This document shows, one piece after another, positions 13,448 through 31,179 of a stretch of 64,000 nt of DNA. Origin of the DNA: Hormiphora californensis. Its lineage: Eukaryota; Animalia; Ctenophora. The notes under the pieces are model-generated. The model saw only the letters and a list, made by a program, of their open reading frames with translations. It made no database searches and was not told the origin of the DNA. Position 1 is the stretch's first letter. Every line of letters begins with the position of its first letter. The stretch is taken from positions 6,448,001-6,512,000 of the forward strand of contig CM035350.1 of NCBI GenBank assembly GCA_020137815.1, read 5' to 3'. The translations under genes and the position numbers were made by a program.

Positions 13448-13787
13448 GGATTCGATGGCTATTGTAAGTTCCTCTTTGTCAATTTCGTAGCCGTGCTGTC
13501 GGAATGTTTCTTGGAATTCATCGACCGTTATCAGCCCGTTCTCATCTCGGTCAAACAACTAAAAAACAACAGAATTAATGTTGTTCCCAAAATTGAAATT
13601 TTTTGTGTTCTAACCCTCCTTTACACGAAAAGAGGGTCGAGCAAAGCAACAATTAGCGTCTTGTGTATATGTCCTTGTCGGAAAAACACAAACCTAGCAA
13701 AATATCACAGATTGATATTAGCCCTAAACTACTTACCCCCATGGCGATATGGGTGTCTGTTTCAACTTCCTCAAACGTTCTCGCCAT
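13448..13787 (-). CDS. Calmodulin-like N-terminal exons (13787-13737, 13558-13448); probable alternative first exons of the 7051-8652 gene
   Basis: Translates MARTFEEVETDTHIAMG|LFDRDENGLITVDEFQETFRQHGYEIDKEELTIAIES with a canonical EF loop; GTAAGT and GTGAGT donors, phase 0. Confidence 0.8.
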
Positions 13788-16208
13788 AGTGAATTTAACG
13801 GTTGCTGCAGCTACTACTTCACCCTGACCCCATTAGTACATGTATGGTATAACCTATAAAAAGAACTCATCTTGATGACCTTTATCATCTTTAGTAGCAA
13901 GATGACTTTTATTAAAATTTCCAAAGAAACTATTATCAAATTCAAGAAAGGGAGCCTATTGCAACCATAGGATTTTGGTCAATAAAAGAAAGGTGTGGGA
14001 CTATAATAGGTACCTGCTCTGGCGCCGCGACCCCATCTGAGCGAGAATCAAATGGGGTATGGCACCGCCATACAGATAGGTACGAAGCAACAATGAGAAG
14101 CAAATAAGAGAAAATGGCTTCATTTATAAACATGGTATGCTGTGTTTATGATTCATAAATGAAGGCAATATACGTGCCTTTGAATAGTAATAAGTCCTGA
14201 GATTATGATCTAATACTAAACACAGATGTAGGTTGTTTTGTTCAAAGAGGATCAAGCTAGGCAAAACGTAGGGGAGTTTCAGAGAGACAATACCAAAACC
14301 AAAGTTAGTTTTGCTTCCACAAGAGGGAATCTAACTTCTCCAAGAGAGACACACACACATTGTGTTAAGCAACCTTTAATATTTTAGTGTATGACACTGG
14401 ACACACTAAAAGATTGGATAACATGTCCTGAGACCTACACACACGATTCCTGTGAGCAGCGATCAACCACGTAGTCTAGATCTAGAGTTACAAATGACAG
14501 AATTGTGTCATTCATTGTTGATCACGACAGTGTAATCCAACACTGTTATAGTGTTCACAATGCTAGTTTTGAGAAACTGTCATGCAACCAAGTAAAGAGA
14601 ACTAGAAATGGGTAGATATACCTACCTAATAAGAGACGATTTTAGAGGTAAATTTAAATCTAGTACAAGAGACATTTGGAAATGGCATTGATTTTGAGGC
14701 TTCAAAGCTCTCACGTGCTAATTAGCTCAGCTAATTAGCACGTAAGAGTTGAAGCCTCAAAATCAATGAACTGAACACTAGGTTTTCTAAAAAATAGAAA
14801 CGTTCAAGGCTCAAGCTTAGAAAATTTTTTTTGAAATATCAAAGGAGACAGAATCTCTTCAATTAACAAAAATGAAATAGCTTTAAACACTCGCTATTTT
14901 TTTATGCTGTAGGTCTTGTATCACATGCTCCAGAGATGAAGGTTGAAAAAGATAAAAAAAACCCGAAAAAAGGTCGGAACAAGACAAAAAAGGTTGGAAT
15001 ATATCAAGTAAACATTAGAGAGGACTTTGTAATTTATCTAGACGATGACAGCTGACTACAAAGTCCTGTTTTTAGGGAGGTTGCTTTGTACAATTAGCTT
15101 ACAAGAGATACATATATTTTAACGTACGCATATATATGTCTTCGTTGCCCGATCAACTCAAATTTCTAGTTTTCTAGAACGCGTCACAATTGCCGAAACT
15201 GAAAGTTCAAATAACACTCAGTTTCAGAGTGATTGAAGTCAGTTGATTGAAGTTAAACAGTGGTGGTCTGAATGACTAATGATCGATCTTTCCGGAAAGA
15301 TCATTAGTTATCAGATCACCACTGTTTTCTATTGCGAGAAACATAAAAAGCTCACAAAGTGCTGACCAATACAAAAAAAACTGCTCAAAAATACCAAATC
15401 TCCACCATTAATGTAGATTTTAGCAATGATTGAGACATCACAAGATGGGTTTAAGTAGTACCCCTGGCCCTGTGACGTAGGTCATGTAACACACCGGTGC
15501 AATTTGCACACCACGGTGTGTGACGATTTGCAGCTATAACTCAGCTCAGACACGCTACTATACCTTTAGACACGATTGACCTCAGACCCGATTGACGAAA
15601 GAGCTGACTCATATGAGCTCATATTATATTTATTCATATGCAATCTATTCTCAACCCTGCTTATACAACTATACTGCTGATATTTCTAGTGGTTGAAGAA
15701 GTGACCGCTTATTAATGTTTCCTCTGACCTCTCACTTTGGTAAGTATACTGTGGTTAGGTACAGAACCCCCCTGGTACATCGGTAACAGATGGTTCAGAT
15801 ATCCTGAAATTTTCAGTGACAGCGTAAATAGGACTTAAAACGACACGCAACGAATAGGTAATTAACTATTCTACAAAGGCCTCCACCTAATCCTATCCAA
15901 TGCCCCCCCCTCTGTCTATCTGTCTCTCTGTGTGTCCCTATCTTTCTAATTCATCGAATGATGGCCAAGGGATGTGGAAAATCAGTACAATCCATGCCCC
16001 CTCTCTCTATCTCCATCGCTACCTATCCCTCATCTGAAAATATATCAGAATGGACTGCCACTGCTACAGCTGCTACCCTAATTCAGGGCGAACTGTGGGC
16101 AGCAGCTGCTCCGGGGACTTGGATAAATGTAAATGGGATCGACAGAGAGATGAAGAAAGCGAAATGAAGAAATAATAAATTTAAAAGAGAAGAAGGGAGT
16201 AGGTATGC

Positions 16209-16334
<126 letters not shown>

Positions 16335-17336
16335 TGGCAATCGATAGATAAAACTAAAAAGGTGCCCCAGAAAACTCTCCAGATTTCATTTGTCAAAATT
16401 TGTCAACATCAAAATTCGCACCTGCTCTTTTTTCTCTCAGACATCTTAATAATTTTTCTCTCTTTCCCTAGTTTTCTCTTTCTTCCTCATTTTCTTTTTC
16501 TGCATCAGGACATCCCTTATTCTTTTATGTCTACTGAAGTTAGAACTACATTTCTTGAATGGATTTATATTTTATACTGAAAAACAACGTGACATAGATA
16601 AAATACTTTTTAGGGCACAAGTTATTAAGTTTCAAATATTTTTCTTCTCTCTTGCACAACTTATACAAAAGGAAAACAGGGTGGGGACTCCCCAAGGACG
16701 AGGTGTGCAGTACTGTTGAGTAACAAAGGTGAGGGGAATTGTGAGAGAGAAGACACCACTCAACAACATGCTATATCATGATATGATGATGCCTCTCATT
16801 GGATGACTGGCATGCTGAGGAACAAAGGCTGTCTAGATCCGAATTGTACCCTCCCCTTACTCAACATTATCCCAGGAGGTAACATATACTTTGTCAGGCA
16901 CTAACTGTAACATCTCGCACGCTTCACTGCCTTAGCCCTTAAACACAGCCGCATCGGGCCGATCTGGTGCGGAGAGGACAGTCTCATGTGAGACAAAGGA
17001 ACGAGGACTTAGTATAATATGGTGGCAGATTGAGAGGGAGAACGAGGGAGTGTGTGTGAGAGATGGCCCGAATAAGATTCTTATTCGCCATCTCACACAT
17101 CTCACTCAGCAACTGATAGTTTAAGGAGGTAATAACAAACTTCTCACACATCTCACACAGCAACTGATATAGTTTAAGGAGGTAATAACAAACTTGACAC
17201 GGGCGATATTGATTGGAAGAGTGAGCTGCCACAGGAGTAATACTTATAGTGAGATAGTGGGTGGTAATACCATAAGAGGCATGAGTACGTCCGGGCTAAT
17301 GGACATCTCTTTACAGAACAACATGTATAATGCGAC

Positions 17337-17405
<69 letters not shown>

Positions 17406-19015
17406 TTACACAGATCGCCCATTAACAAAGATTGTAACCTGTCAGACTAATGCTAATCTGTCAGGTCAATTGTTACCTAACAACTAAACAAACAAGGCTC
17501 TTTGTAACTGTGAGAGAGGCGCTCTAGGCTGAGAAAACTAACCGACTAACTGTGGTCCGAGAGGTTTACAGTCACTAGACTAGGGATCTGATATTTTACA
17601 GAGGAAGAAACCCATGTCGTATTGTAAGGTCATCTACAAGCCCTGCATCTAGTAAATTGAATGCAATAACGAGACCCCCTCTTTTACATCCCCCTGTTAC
17701 ACACACACGAGACAGCACCAACTAACGAAAAGTAGAACAACTGACAACAAAGGCAGACACACCGAAGTAACGATAAGAACAATACATCATATACACATGT
17801 GAATAGAGGGCCTAACAGAACTTCTGTTAGGCCCTCTATTGACATGTGTATATGATGTAAGTATTGTTCTCACTTCTGTTACAGAAGTGAGAGCCTTCTG
17901 TACATTGTAACAACAAGAGAGTTAAACAAGAGGACCAGTTACATTGGAATAGTGCCAAGTAATCAGATCTAGAAGGGGCTCAATGTGACAGCAGATGTTT
18001 CACACAGACGACTGACGTGGAGATGGAAGTGTGTGCTACATTCATAGACACTAGCTCGCTGCCAAAATGTAGTTCGGAAATGAGTATACAGCCACTGTAC
18101 ATGAAATGTACAATGTACTCAACAAATACAATGTACGGGGTGATTTTGATCATGTGTGTGACACGCGGGGCAATTACCACAGTCATTACCGCGCGCACAA
18201 TGTCACGTGACTTACACTCACAGTACATCCGAACCTGGAATTGGTTGGCAGAGATTTAATCTCGGGAATGAACAATGAACGCTTGACACTTATCTACTTT
18301 TAAGTGGTTCATTCTTCGTTCCTGAGATCTGATCTCGACTATACCAACCAATTGTAGATTAGGTATCGACTCCCTTAATTACAATTTTATATCTAAACTC
18401 ATTATTTTGTGGACTCAATAAGACTCGAGCCATCACTTTTTCAGATCAATGCCAATGCATTCAGTTAACGAGGAATATTGCGGGCTGTAGTACATAGTAG
18501 TAGTAGCTCACACAGCATTTTATTTCATACTGCTGCAATAAGAATATGTAGTGGGAAAGCTTATAAAATGGCTTTCAAAAGAGGAGGGGGAAGACTGAGA
18601 GGGATTCATAATGGACTGTAAAAGCATATATGATATAGCGTGTTGAATAGCATTTCGATTCCCCTCTCTACTGCCTCTCTTTCGAAATATCGTCGACTGA
18701 TCTTTAGTGGACCACCAACCACTTGGATGTTATAACCCTCATTTACAACATTTGTGGTGAGAGAAGGTCGAGCCTAGCAGGCCAACCAACGATCAACCCC
18801 TATGATAACATCCAAGGTGATCCAACAGCTGTCTTCATATCATACGTTCAAATCAAATAAAAAACACAAGAATCTTGTGGGTGCATGAGCAACGAAATCC
18901 TAACAAACAATTTGAATTGTGACTCAGATCAACCGAAAATAAACTTTAGATAAAACTTTAACACCCCTCTAACCATGCTATTAAAATACTCTGATGGATT
19001 AAATGACCCGTGTAT

Positions 19016-20543
19016 CTACATAATTTTAATCATCTCGAATTTGTCCCTGTAGTCTCTAACAACCTCTCGGTCCTTTGAACCTGCTCCGAGGGGCCGGTGG
19101 GAGAGGGTGTGCCAGAGAGAGGGGTAGTAATAGAAGTAGCTGATGGTAGCGATCATTGCTCCTATTAGGCTGCCAAATACAACATCCTGAGAGGGGGATA
19201 GGTGTAAACAGAGGGAGGGGGCACTTTAGAGGTGTCAATAGTATCGTTGTCACGCTATTGTTGGGTCTGAAGCGCTGTATATATCTCAACTCTACCAGCT
19301 AATACTCGCTTATTATCAAACTTGCCTCCCCATCTCTGTCTCTGTCTCTGTCTCTCTGTCTCTGTCTCTGTCTCTGTCTCACCTGGTAGTGGTGCCAGTA
19401 ATCGCAGTATCGGGAGAGGGCGATGAAGAGGGCCATGAGAGAGGGGCACAGAGCCACCACAAAGTTGAACAGAGACTTGGGTGGGGGAGCAGAGAAACAC
19501 TGTAACTTTCCTGCCAGGTAGTATGATAGGAAGAGTAGACCAGCAAAGGACCCTGGAGAGGGGGAGTAGTTACTGGGGTGAATCGTTAAATCATCTGATA
19601 TGATTTATCCCACTGTACTGAATTGTAGAGAAAGAGTCATTATCATCTCTCGTAAGACATACATATAATGAATCTCTGTTAATGTGGTACTCATATAAGA
19701 CCGTCCTCTTCCCACCGGGCGGGGTGCGCGATGTACAGTCAGTGCCTGACAATGTGGTACACACTTACAGCTGGAGTGACCGCTGGGGAAACTTTTCCTT
19801 CCTTCAATAATAACATCATAATCCCCAGAACAAATAGGATTGAGCCCTTCAAAACTCTCCTTCCCATCTGGGAAACACCTCATGTAGAAATCAGGTCGGG
19901 GCCTGCCCACCATTAACTTGATACCGTTAGTTATGATACCGTTCAGGAGTAGAGACATGGAAAGACCTGAATATAAGGAGGTGTTGCCATTGATTCAGCA
20001 GTTGCAGAATTAAGTTGTGATATTTGTAGAACAAAAGAGATATGATTGGAGAGGAGAACAATGAGTGACGTACCGAGCGTTGCAGTTATTGTCTCTCCCG
20101 CTTGTCGTGAGATAATACCAAAAAAGGAAAATATCACAGTCGGAACGAAAATCACTATCCACTGGGGGAGATGAGGGTTAGATTTAATAAAAATAAAGAA
20201 CTACCAGAGGGAGGAACTAGAATGAGAAAACTTACAAATAGTTGGGGGGTGGTGATGGTTACAGCGGCAGAATCTGTATAGGGATTGTTGTACAGCCACC
20301 ATTCCTCTTTCTGAATCACCCTCAAAAATGGCTCCTGAAGATCTGTCCACCTGAACAAAGTGGGGCCATTACAGCTCTATAATAGACTTACAGGGGGTAA
20401 CAAATACAACTGAGATTATAGGATGTGTCCGGAGATGTGAGAAAACGTATCTCTTATGAAGGCATGATGATAACTTACACATAAAGAGCGAAGAGTGCCA
20501 CCCGAAGGATGACCTCACCGGCCAAATGAGCTCCACTCATCAT
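19016..20543 (-). CDS. PLPP5: Phospholipid phosphatase 4/5 (PAP2 / PPAPDC1 family), 6 exons
   Basis: Motifs KLMVGRPRP (C1), SFPSGHS (C2), SRYCDYWHHYQD (C3); N-term EVILRVALF and EEWWLYNNPY typical of PLPP4/5. Confidence 0.9.
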
Positions 20544-21004
20544 GTCACCTGCCGCTGGCCATCTCTCGCCTTGTCCTACAGCTACTGGGAAGAGAGATCT
20601 GATTTAGAAAAGCGTGCGCGCATTTTGAGAGCTGACAACGAGACACTTTTATCACAAGAAACGACACGCGCGTTCTGAGGCCCACACATAATTCGCTGAC
20701 TATGTAGGTCGAATTGAGTTCTTCTTCATTATCATATATCACTCTCTCGTACAATTTGGAGGTTTCTCGTACGTAAATAGATTAAACAATGTACACAATG
20801 TTTTTTGGAGAAATCTCAAAAGCATATGATGGAACAGAACAAGAGCTCAGCGTGAATTTGATAGAAAACAGGCTGGTGAGAAAGAGAGGGTTGTTGTACA
20901 GTACACACGTATCTCTTTTCAAGGTGTGGTAATATAGGGGATAAAACTTAATTTATATTTTACTATGCTTAGTTTTCTGGTAAAGAAGAGAGATCTCTTT
21001 GCTA

Positions 21005-23345
21005 TAGGCCAGTCATATGACGTTGTGAAATGGAACTAATTGATCTAAAAGCGATTCCACTTCCAGGGCACTCCAATGGGTCTCTACAACCACCAAAAAA
21101 ATTTACCGCGGGTACCGCGATGGAGAAATCGGTCATTTCCGGGTTTATTTTGCACCTGCATAAAGATAGCCTAGGACGAATGCGATATACGGTAAAAACC
21201 GTCTTTGGAAACAAGTAGAAAAGAAATCAAGGGCACTAAAGTGTGTAGCGTCCTCGCATTAGTGGGGGTAGGTGCTGGAATTAAGTCTCTATCTTATCAG
21301 GTTAATTAGATAATTGGATAATTAGATGCGCACATAGCCGTTTTATGGTTATACGGTAAAAACCATCTTTGGAAAGGAGTAGAGAAAAAACCGAGGGTAC
21401 TAGAGTGATCAGCGTCCTCGAATTAGTGGGGGTAGGTACCCAAATTAAGTTCCTATCTCATCGTGTTAATTAGATAATTGGATAATTAGGTATGCGCATA
21501 ACCGTTTTTAGGTTACATGGCTATAGCCACTTAGGAATGGTTTAGAGACTTTTCATTGGTGCCATTTTGTAGGCAATAGCCAAGTTATGGGGGGTCGAAG
21601 TCGGACTTTTAAGCTCTATATTCAACCATTTAGCCGTTATATGGCTTTAAAGGTGCTCAAAATCGGTCTTTTTACCGCTTTTTTGCTCATTTTGAGCACC
21701 TTATATGCCAAATAACGGCTAAACGGTTGAATATAGAGCTTAAAAGTCCGACGTCGACCCCCAATAACTTGGCTATTGCCTACAAAATGGCACCAATGAA
21801 AAGTCTATAAACCATTCCTAAGTGGCTATAGCCATGTAACCTAAAAACGGTCATGCGCATACCTAATTATCCAATTATCTAATTAACGCGATGAGATAGG
21901 AACTTAATTTTGGTACCTACCCCCACTAATTCGAGGACGCTGATCACTCTAGTACCCTCGGTTTTTCCTCTACTCCTTTCCAAATATGGTTTTTACCGTA
22001 TAACCATAAAACGGCTATGTGCGCATCTAATTATCCAATTATCTAATTAAGGCCAGAGGGGGGGGTCCGGGGGTATAAAAAGTCACTTTCGGTATCTGGT
22101 CCGGCTCGAAGAGCCGGACCAGATGACATACTCGGAATCGATTTTGCGCGCGCTATTAGGGAGAAAATTGAGGTTAACTTTTGGTCCAAAATCAATGTTA
22201 ACCTCTCTAATTCTTAGAGATCAGGTATTGAAACAATAAAAACTGTTCTAAAAGTAAGGTATCACTAAGTAGAGCATTTGTGAGCAATTTTATGGCGATA
22301 TTCCTGGTAGTTCTTTAAATTTTGAGGTTAACATATTTCACCAAAAAGTAGCCTTTTGGTGAATAACTTGGAACATTTTTACGAATCGCCACTACATTCA
22401 GCTCATAAACGGCTAAGAGTTGGGCCTTGAAATTTGGCAGGCATGATCTTTAGATAATAAACTGTGCTTTGAGTGTAACGATTTTTTATTGGAGCCTCCG
22501 TTCCCAAGATATTGAGGTTAACGTCTAAAAAATATCAGATGTGAAATATGTTAACCTCAATATCTTGGGAACGGAAGCCTCAATCAAAAATCGTTACACT
22601 CAAAGCACAGTTTATTATCTAAGGATCATGCCTGCCAAATTTCAAGGCCCAACTCTTAGCCGTTTATGAGCTGAATGTAGTGGCGATTTAAAAAGTAAGG
22701 TGTGAAAAAAGACCAAAAAGGTTGTTTTTTGGGTGATAAGTTAACCTCAAATATCCGAACAACTATATGGCTTAGACCTCTGAAACTTTAAACATTTGGT
22801 CTCCTTGATCAGATCTATCGATTGGTACCATTTTCATCTGTGAAGGCGACATTTAATACAAGATTTTTGAGGTTAACTTACATTTTCGGTCAAAAGTTAA
22901 CCTCAAAAAACAGGGGGTTCTGATACACTTGGTGCGCAGTTATCCCACCAAAAACTTTCCTTTCTCCGAGTTACATCACATGTGTAAACCTCAGAAAAGT
23001 ATACTTTTTGACCCTCGGACCCCCCCCTCTGGCCTTAACCTGATAAAATAGAGACTTAATTCCAGCACCTACCCCCACTAATGCGAGGACGCTACACACT
23101 TTAGTGCCCTTGATTTCTTTTCTACTTGTTTCCAAAGACGGTTTTTACCGTATATCGCATTCGTCCTAGCCTATATTTATGCAGGTGCAAAATAAACCCG
23201 GAAATGACCGATTTCTCCATCGCGGTACCCGCGGTAAATTTTTTTGGTGGTTGTAGAGACCCATTGGAGGGCCCTGGAAGTGGAATCGCTTTTAGATCAA
23301 TTACTTCCTTTTTCAGCGATATATTGACGTCATATGACTGGCCTA
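21005..23345. mobile_element. Foldback non-autonomous TIR transposon (~1.35-kb palindrome) interrupted by a younger element
   Basis: Termini TAGGCCAGTCATATGACG ... CGTCATATGACTGGCCTA; 21005-~21660 is inverted against ~21690-22050 plus 23039-23345; flanks CTTTGCTA/CTATGTTA may be a decayed 8-bp TSD (hAT-like). Confidence 0.85.
22051..23034. mobile_element. Kolobok-like MITE nested in the foldback element
   Basis: TTAA TSD; [22 protein letters not shown]; internal palindrome ~22385-22690; repeated GAGGTTAAC motif. Confidence 0.85.
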
Positions 23346-23476
23346 CTATGTTACATGTAAAATTGTAAGCGTGATCGTGCGTGTGTATGTGTGTATATAA
23401 AAGAATTTCCCCCGCTACAAACGCTTTCTTCACACGGATAATCACCCTTCTTCTCACCTCTCACACTTTTAACACC

Positions 23477-23549
<73 letters not shown>

Positions 23550-23627
23550 TCCCTCTCTCTCTCTCTCTCTCCCTCTCTTCTTCTCTCTCGAATACAACAT
23601 TTTAAATTCTACACCTCACAATATAGT

Positions 23628-28193
<4,566 letters not shown>

Positions 28194-28712
28194 CTGAGAA
28201 GGAAAGGGGGCGGGGTGAAAGAACTGGCTGGGGCCGGGGCGGGGTGAAAGAACTAGCTGGGGGCCCGGGGCGGGTGAAAGAACTGGTTGGGGGGATGTTA
28301 AGTTCGTTTTTATCGGCGGATTATGATTAAACTGTCATTTGTACACGTTTATCAATTTGGTGTAGTTAGATTTTATTGTAACCGTTGTTGCAACTGTTGT
28401 AACTTGTAACACAAGCATTGTAGACCTATCAACAATATGTGTAGCTATTGGGCCCCGGACGCCTGCCAGCGCTATGACACAGAACATGCATAACACTCGT
28501 TCTCTGTCCTTCTCACACACACATAGCTGTATCTGTATAATCATAGCGCTTCTGCAGCCGCTGTCTATCTATCGCTATCTGTCTGTCGATGTCGCTGTCT
28601 ATCTATCGCTGTCTATATTTTTGCCCCTCTGTCACTCTCCCTTCCTCTCTTTGCATGTGTTACACAGTACTGGCATGTACTGAAAATTGTGTACTGAGTG
28701 TGCGTAATGTGG

Positions 28713-28880
<168 letters not shown>

Positions 28881-28989
28881 TAATAAGAAGATATTGAAGG
28901 TATACAGAAGGTAAGAAGTGGCACAAGTGAAGGAAGGAACCACATGAATGAACCACAGGAATTATCCTTTTCTTAATTCTTGGCTTTCG

Positions 28990-30350
28990 ACAACTTTTAA
29001 ATTTCCCCCTTACTTTTTTTTATTTTAAAAACCCTTTTTTTTAAACTGTTGTCTGTAACAAAAGGCAGTCCTTAAAAAATTGGTCTTTGGGGGGGGGGGG
29101 GGGGGGGAAAAAAAATGCTCCCTTTTTTTGGGGCCCCTTTCCCCCGTGGTAAATCTGGGGGGGGCCCCCGGGGCCGGGGTTAAAACGTTTGGGATGTTTT
29201 CTTTATTTTATATTTTTTGTTTTTTAAATTTTTTTTTTTTTTTTTTTTTTTTAAAAAATTTTTAAAAAAAATTTATTTTTTTTTTTTTTTTCCCTTTTGG
29301 GGGTTTGTTTTGCCCGGGGTTTTTTGGTTTTTGGGGGGGGGGTTTTTGAAAAAGAGAGAAAAAAAGAGGATAAAGGGGGGGCCCGGGGAAAGAAAAGGAA
29401 GAAAAAAAGGAAAAAAAAAAAAAAAGGAAAAAAGGGGTTTTTTCCCCCTTTTTTTAAAAGGTTTGCAAAATTTTTCCACCAAAAAAAGGAAACAAAAAAA
29501 AAAACCCCCCCCCTTTTCCTTTTTTTTTTTCCCCCCTTTTTTTTTTTTTCCCCCTTCCCCCCCCCCCCCCTTTTTTTTTTTTTTTTTCCCCCCTTTTTTA
29601 AAATTTTTTTCCCCCCCCCCCCCTTTCTTCCCCCCCCAAACCTAAAAAAAAATTTTTTTTTTTTTTGGGGCCCTTTTTCCAATTAAAATTTTTAAAAAAA
29701 GGGTTTTACAACCCCAAAATAACCCCTTTAATTTTAAAATTGGTGTTTTTGGGGGGATCCCGGGGAAAGGGCCCCCCCCCTTTTCCAAAAAAAAGTTAAA
29801 AACCCTTTTTGTTTTTGTTTTTGAAAGGGGGGTTGGAGTTAGGGGGCCCCCTTTTTTTTTTTTAAAAAAAAAAAGGGGAAGGGGTAAAATCCAGCCCAAT
29901 TTAAACCCCGACATATTTAAAATTTTTTTATTTCCCCTTTTTGGGCCCCTAAAAAACCCCGGCAAAAAGGGCTAAATCCTGGGGGGATTCGTTTTTCAAA
30001 AACCCCCCAAAAAATTTTTTTAAAAATTTTTTTTAACCCCCTTTTTGCCCTCAAAAATTTGCAGGTTTTTAAAAAAATTTTTTTTCCTTTTTCCTTCCTT
30101 TTTAAAAACCCCAAAATTTCGGGAAAATAAATAAAGGGGGGGGAAAAAATAAAAGGGGTTTTTTTTTTTGGGAAATTTTTTTTTTTTTCCCCCCCCCCTT
30201 TCCCCCTGTTGGCCCCTTTTTTGGGGGGGTCCCCCAAAAAAAGGGGGCCCTTTTCCCCAAAAAAAGGGGGAAATTAGAAAAAAGGGGAACCAACCCCCGG
30301 GGGGGGTTTGGGGAGGGGGAAAAAAGGTGGGGTTTTTAACCACGGTGGTT
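28990..30350. other. Homopolymer-saturated low-quality sequence (probable assembly/read artefact)
   Basis: Almost entirely runs of A, T, G and C of random length, abruptly unlike the flanks. Confidence 0.85.
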
Positions 30351-31179
30351 AAACCACCACCACCACTAATTAGATCCCTAGTTAAAGTCCTTATTCAGCG
30401 TGGTGGTGGTGGTGCAGTACAGGAAGGAGCACTCCCCATATGGGATAATAAGGAAGGGAGACACATCCACCCCCCTCTCTCCAATCAAACATAAGTTATG
30501 AGAGAGAATAATAACACCCCCTATTTGATTGTTTTTGAGGGAGCGTTCAGGACAATATAATTGTGTACGAAGTGTATAATTCACGAGAACCAGATAGATC
30601 ACACCCAGATAATCATCCTGTACAATTTGTAGTATTTACAGTGGTGCTCCGTCATATTGGCTGGCGGTATAAGCGTTGCCAACGACGCGGTCTACGACGT
30701 CTAAAAAGCAGTCCGTTGACATTGTTTGCTGTTTTGTCTTGGACCGCATCGTGGGTGGCACTGTGTAGGCGGCCCACTTTGTTTTGTTCAAACCCTTATT
30801 AGGGAGGGTCGAACAGTCAACAGACAAGCCAATATGACACCATGACGGATCACCACTGTTATAATAATAATATCTAAACTAATTGTATCCTGCCCACTGC
30901 CCATATCCCCCAGGGACAGCATAGCATAGCTAATACTGCCAATGAGGGATAATCAGAGCAGTTTACTCACACACTCAACCAAAATGAGTTATAAAGGTAA
31001 TTTAACTGGAACTCCCCCTCACTTACCCTCGTCCGGCTCATTGCGAGAGTTGGGGCAGCGGTTGCGGAGAAGACAGTTTCCCATTGTCACTGTCCATTTT
31101 ACATTGCTATCTGGGGGTATAAACCGGGTCAATATATTACTGGGGAAACACAATAAAATACACAAGGGGTTTGGGGTAT

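Noticed and set aside
21002-23457. Duplicated ORFs IDLKAIPLPG... / FPKTVFTVYR...
   Set aside because: Chance ORFs in the two arms of a foldback element
28990-30350. Lys/Phe/Gly/Pro-rich ORFs or a novel low-complexity element
   Set aside because: Pattern matches poor-quality base calling; it may hide the first UBTD exon
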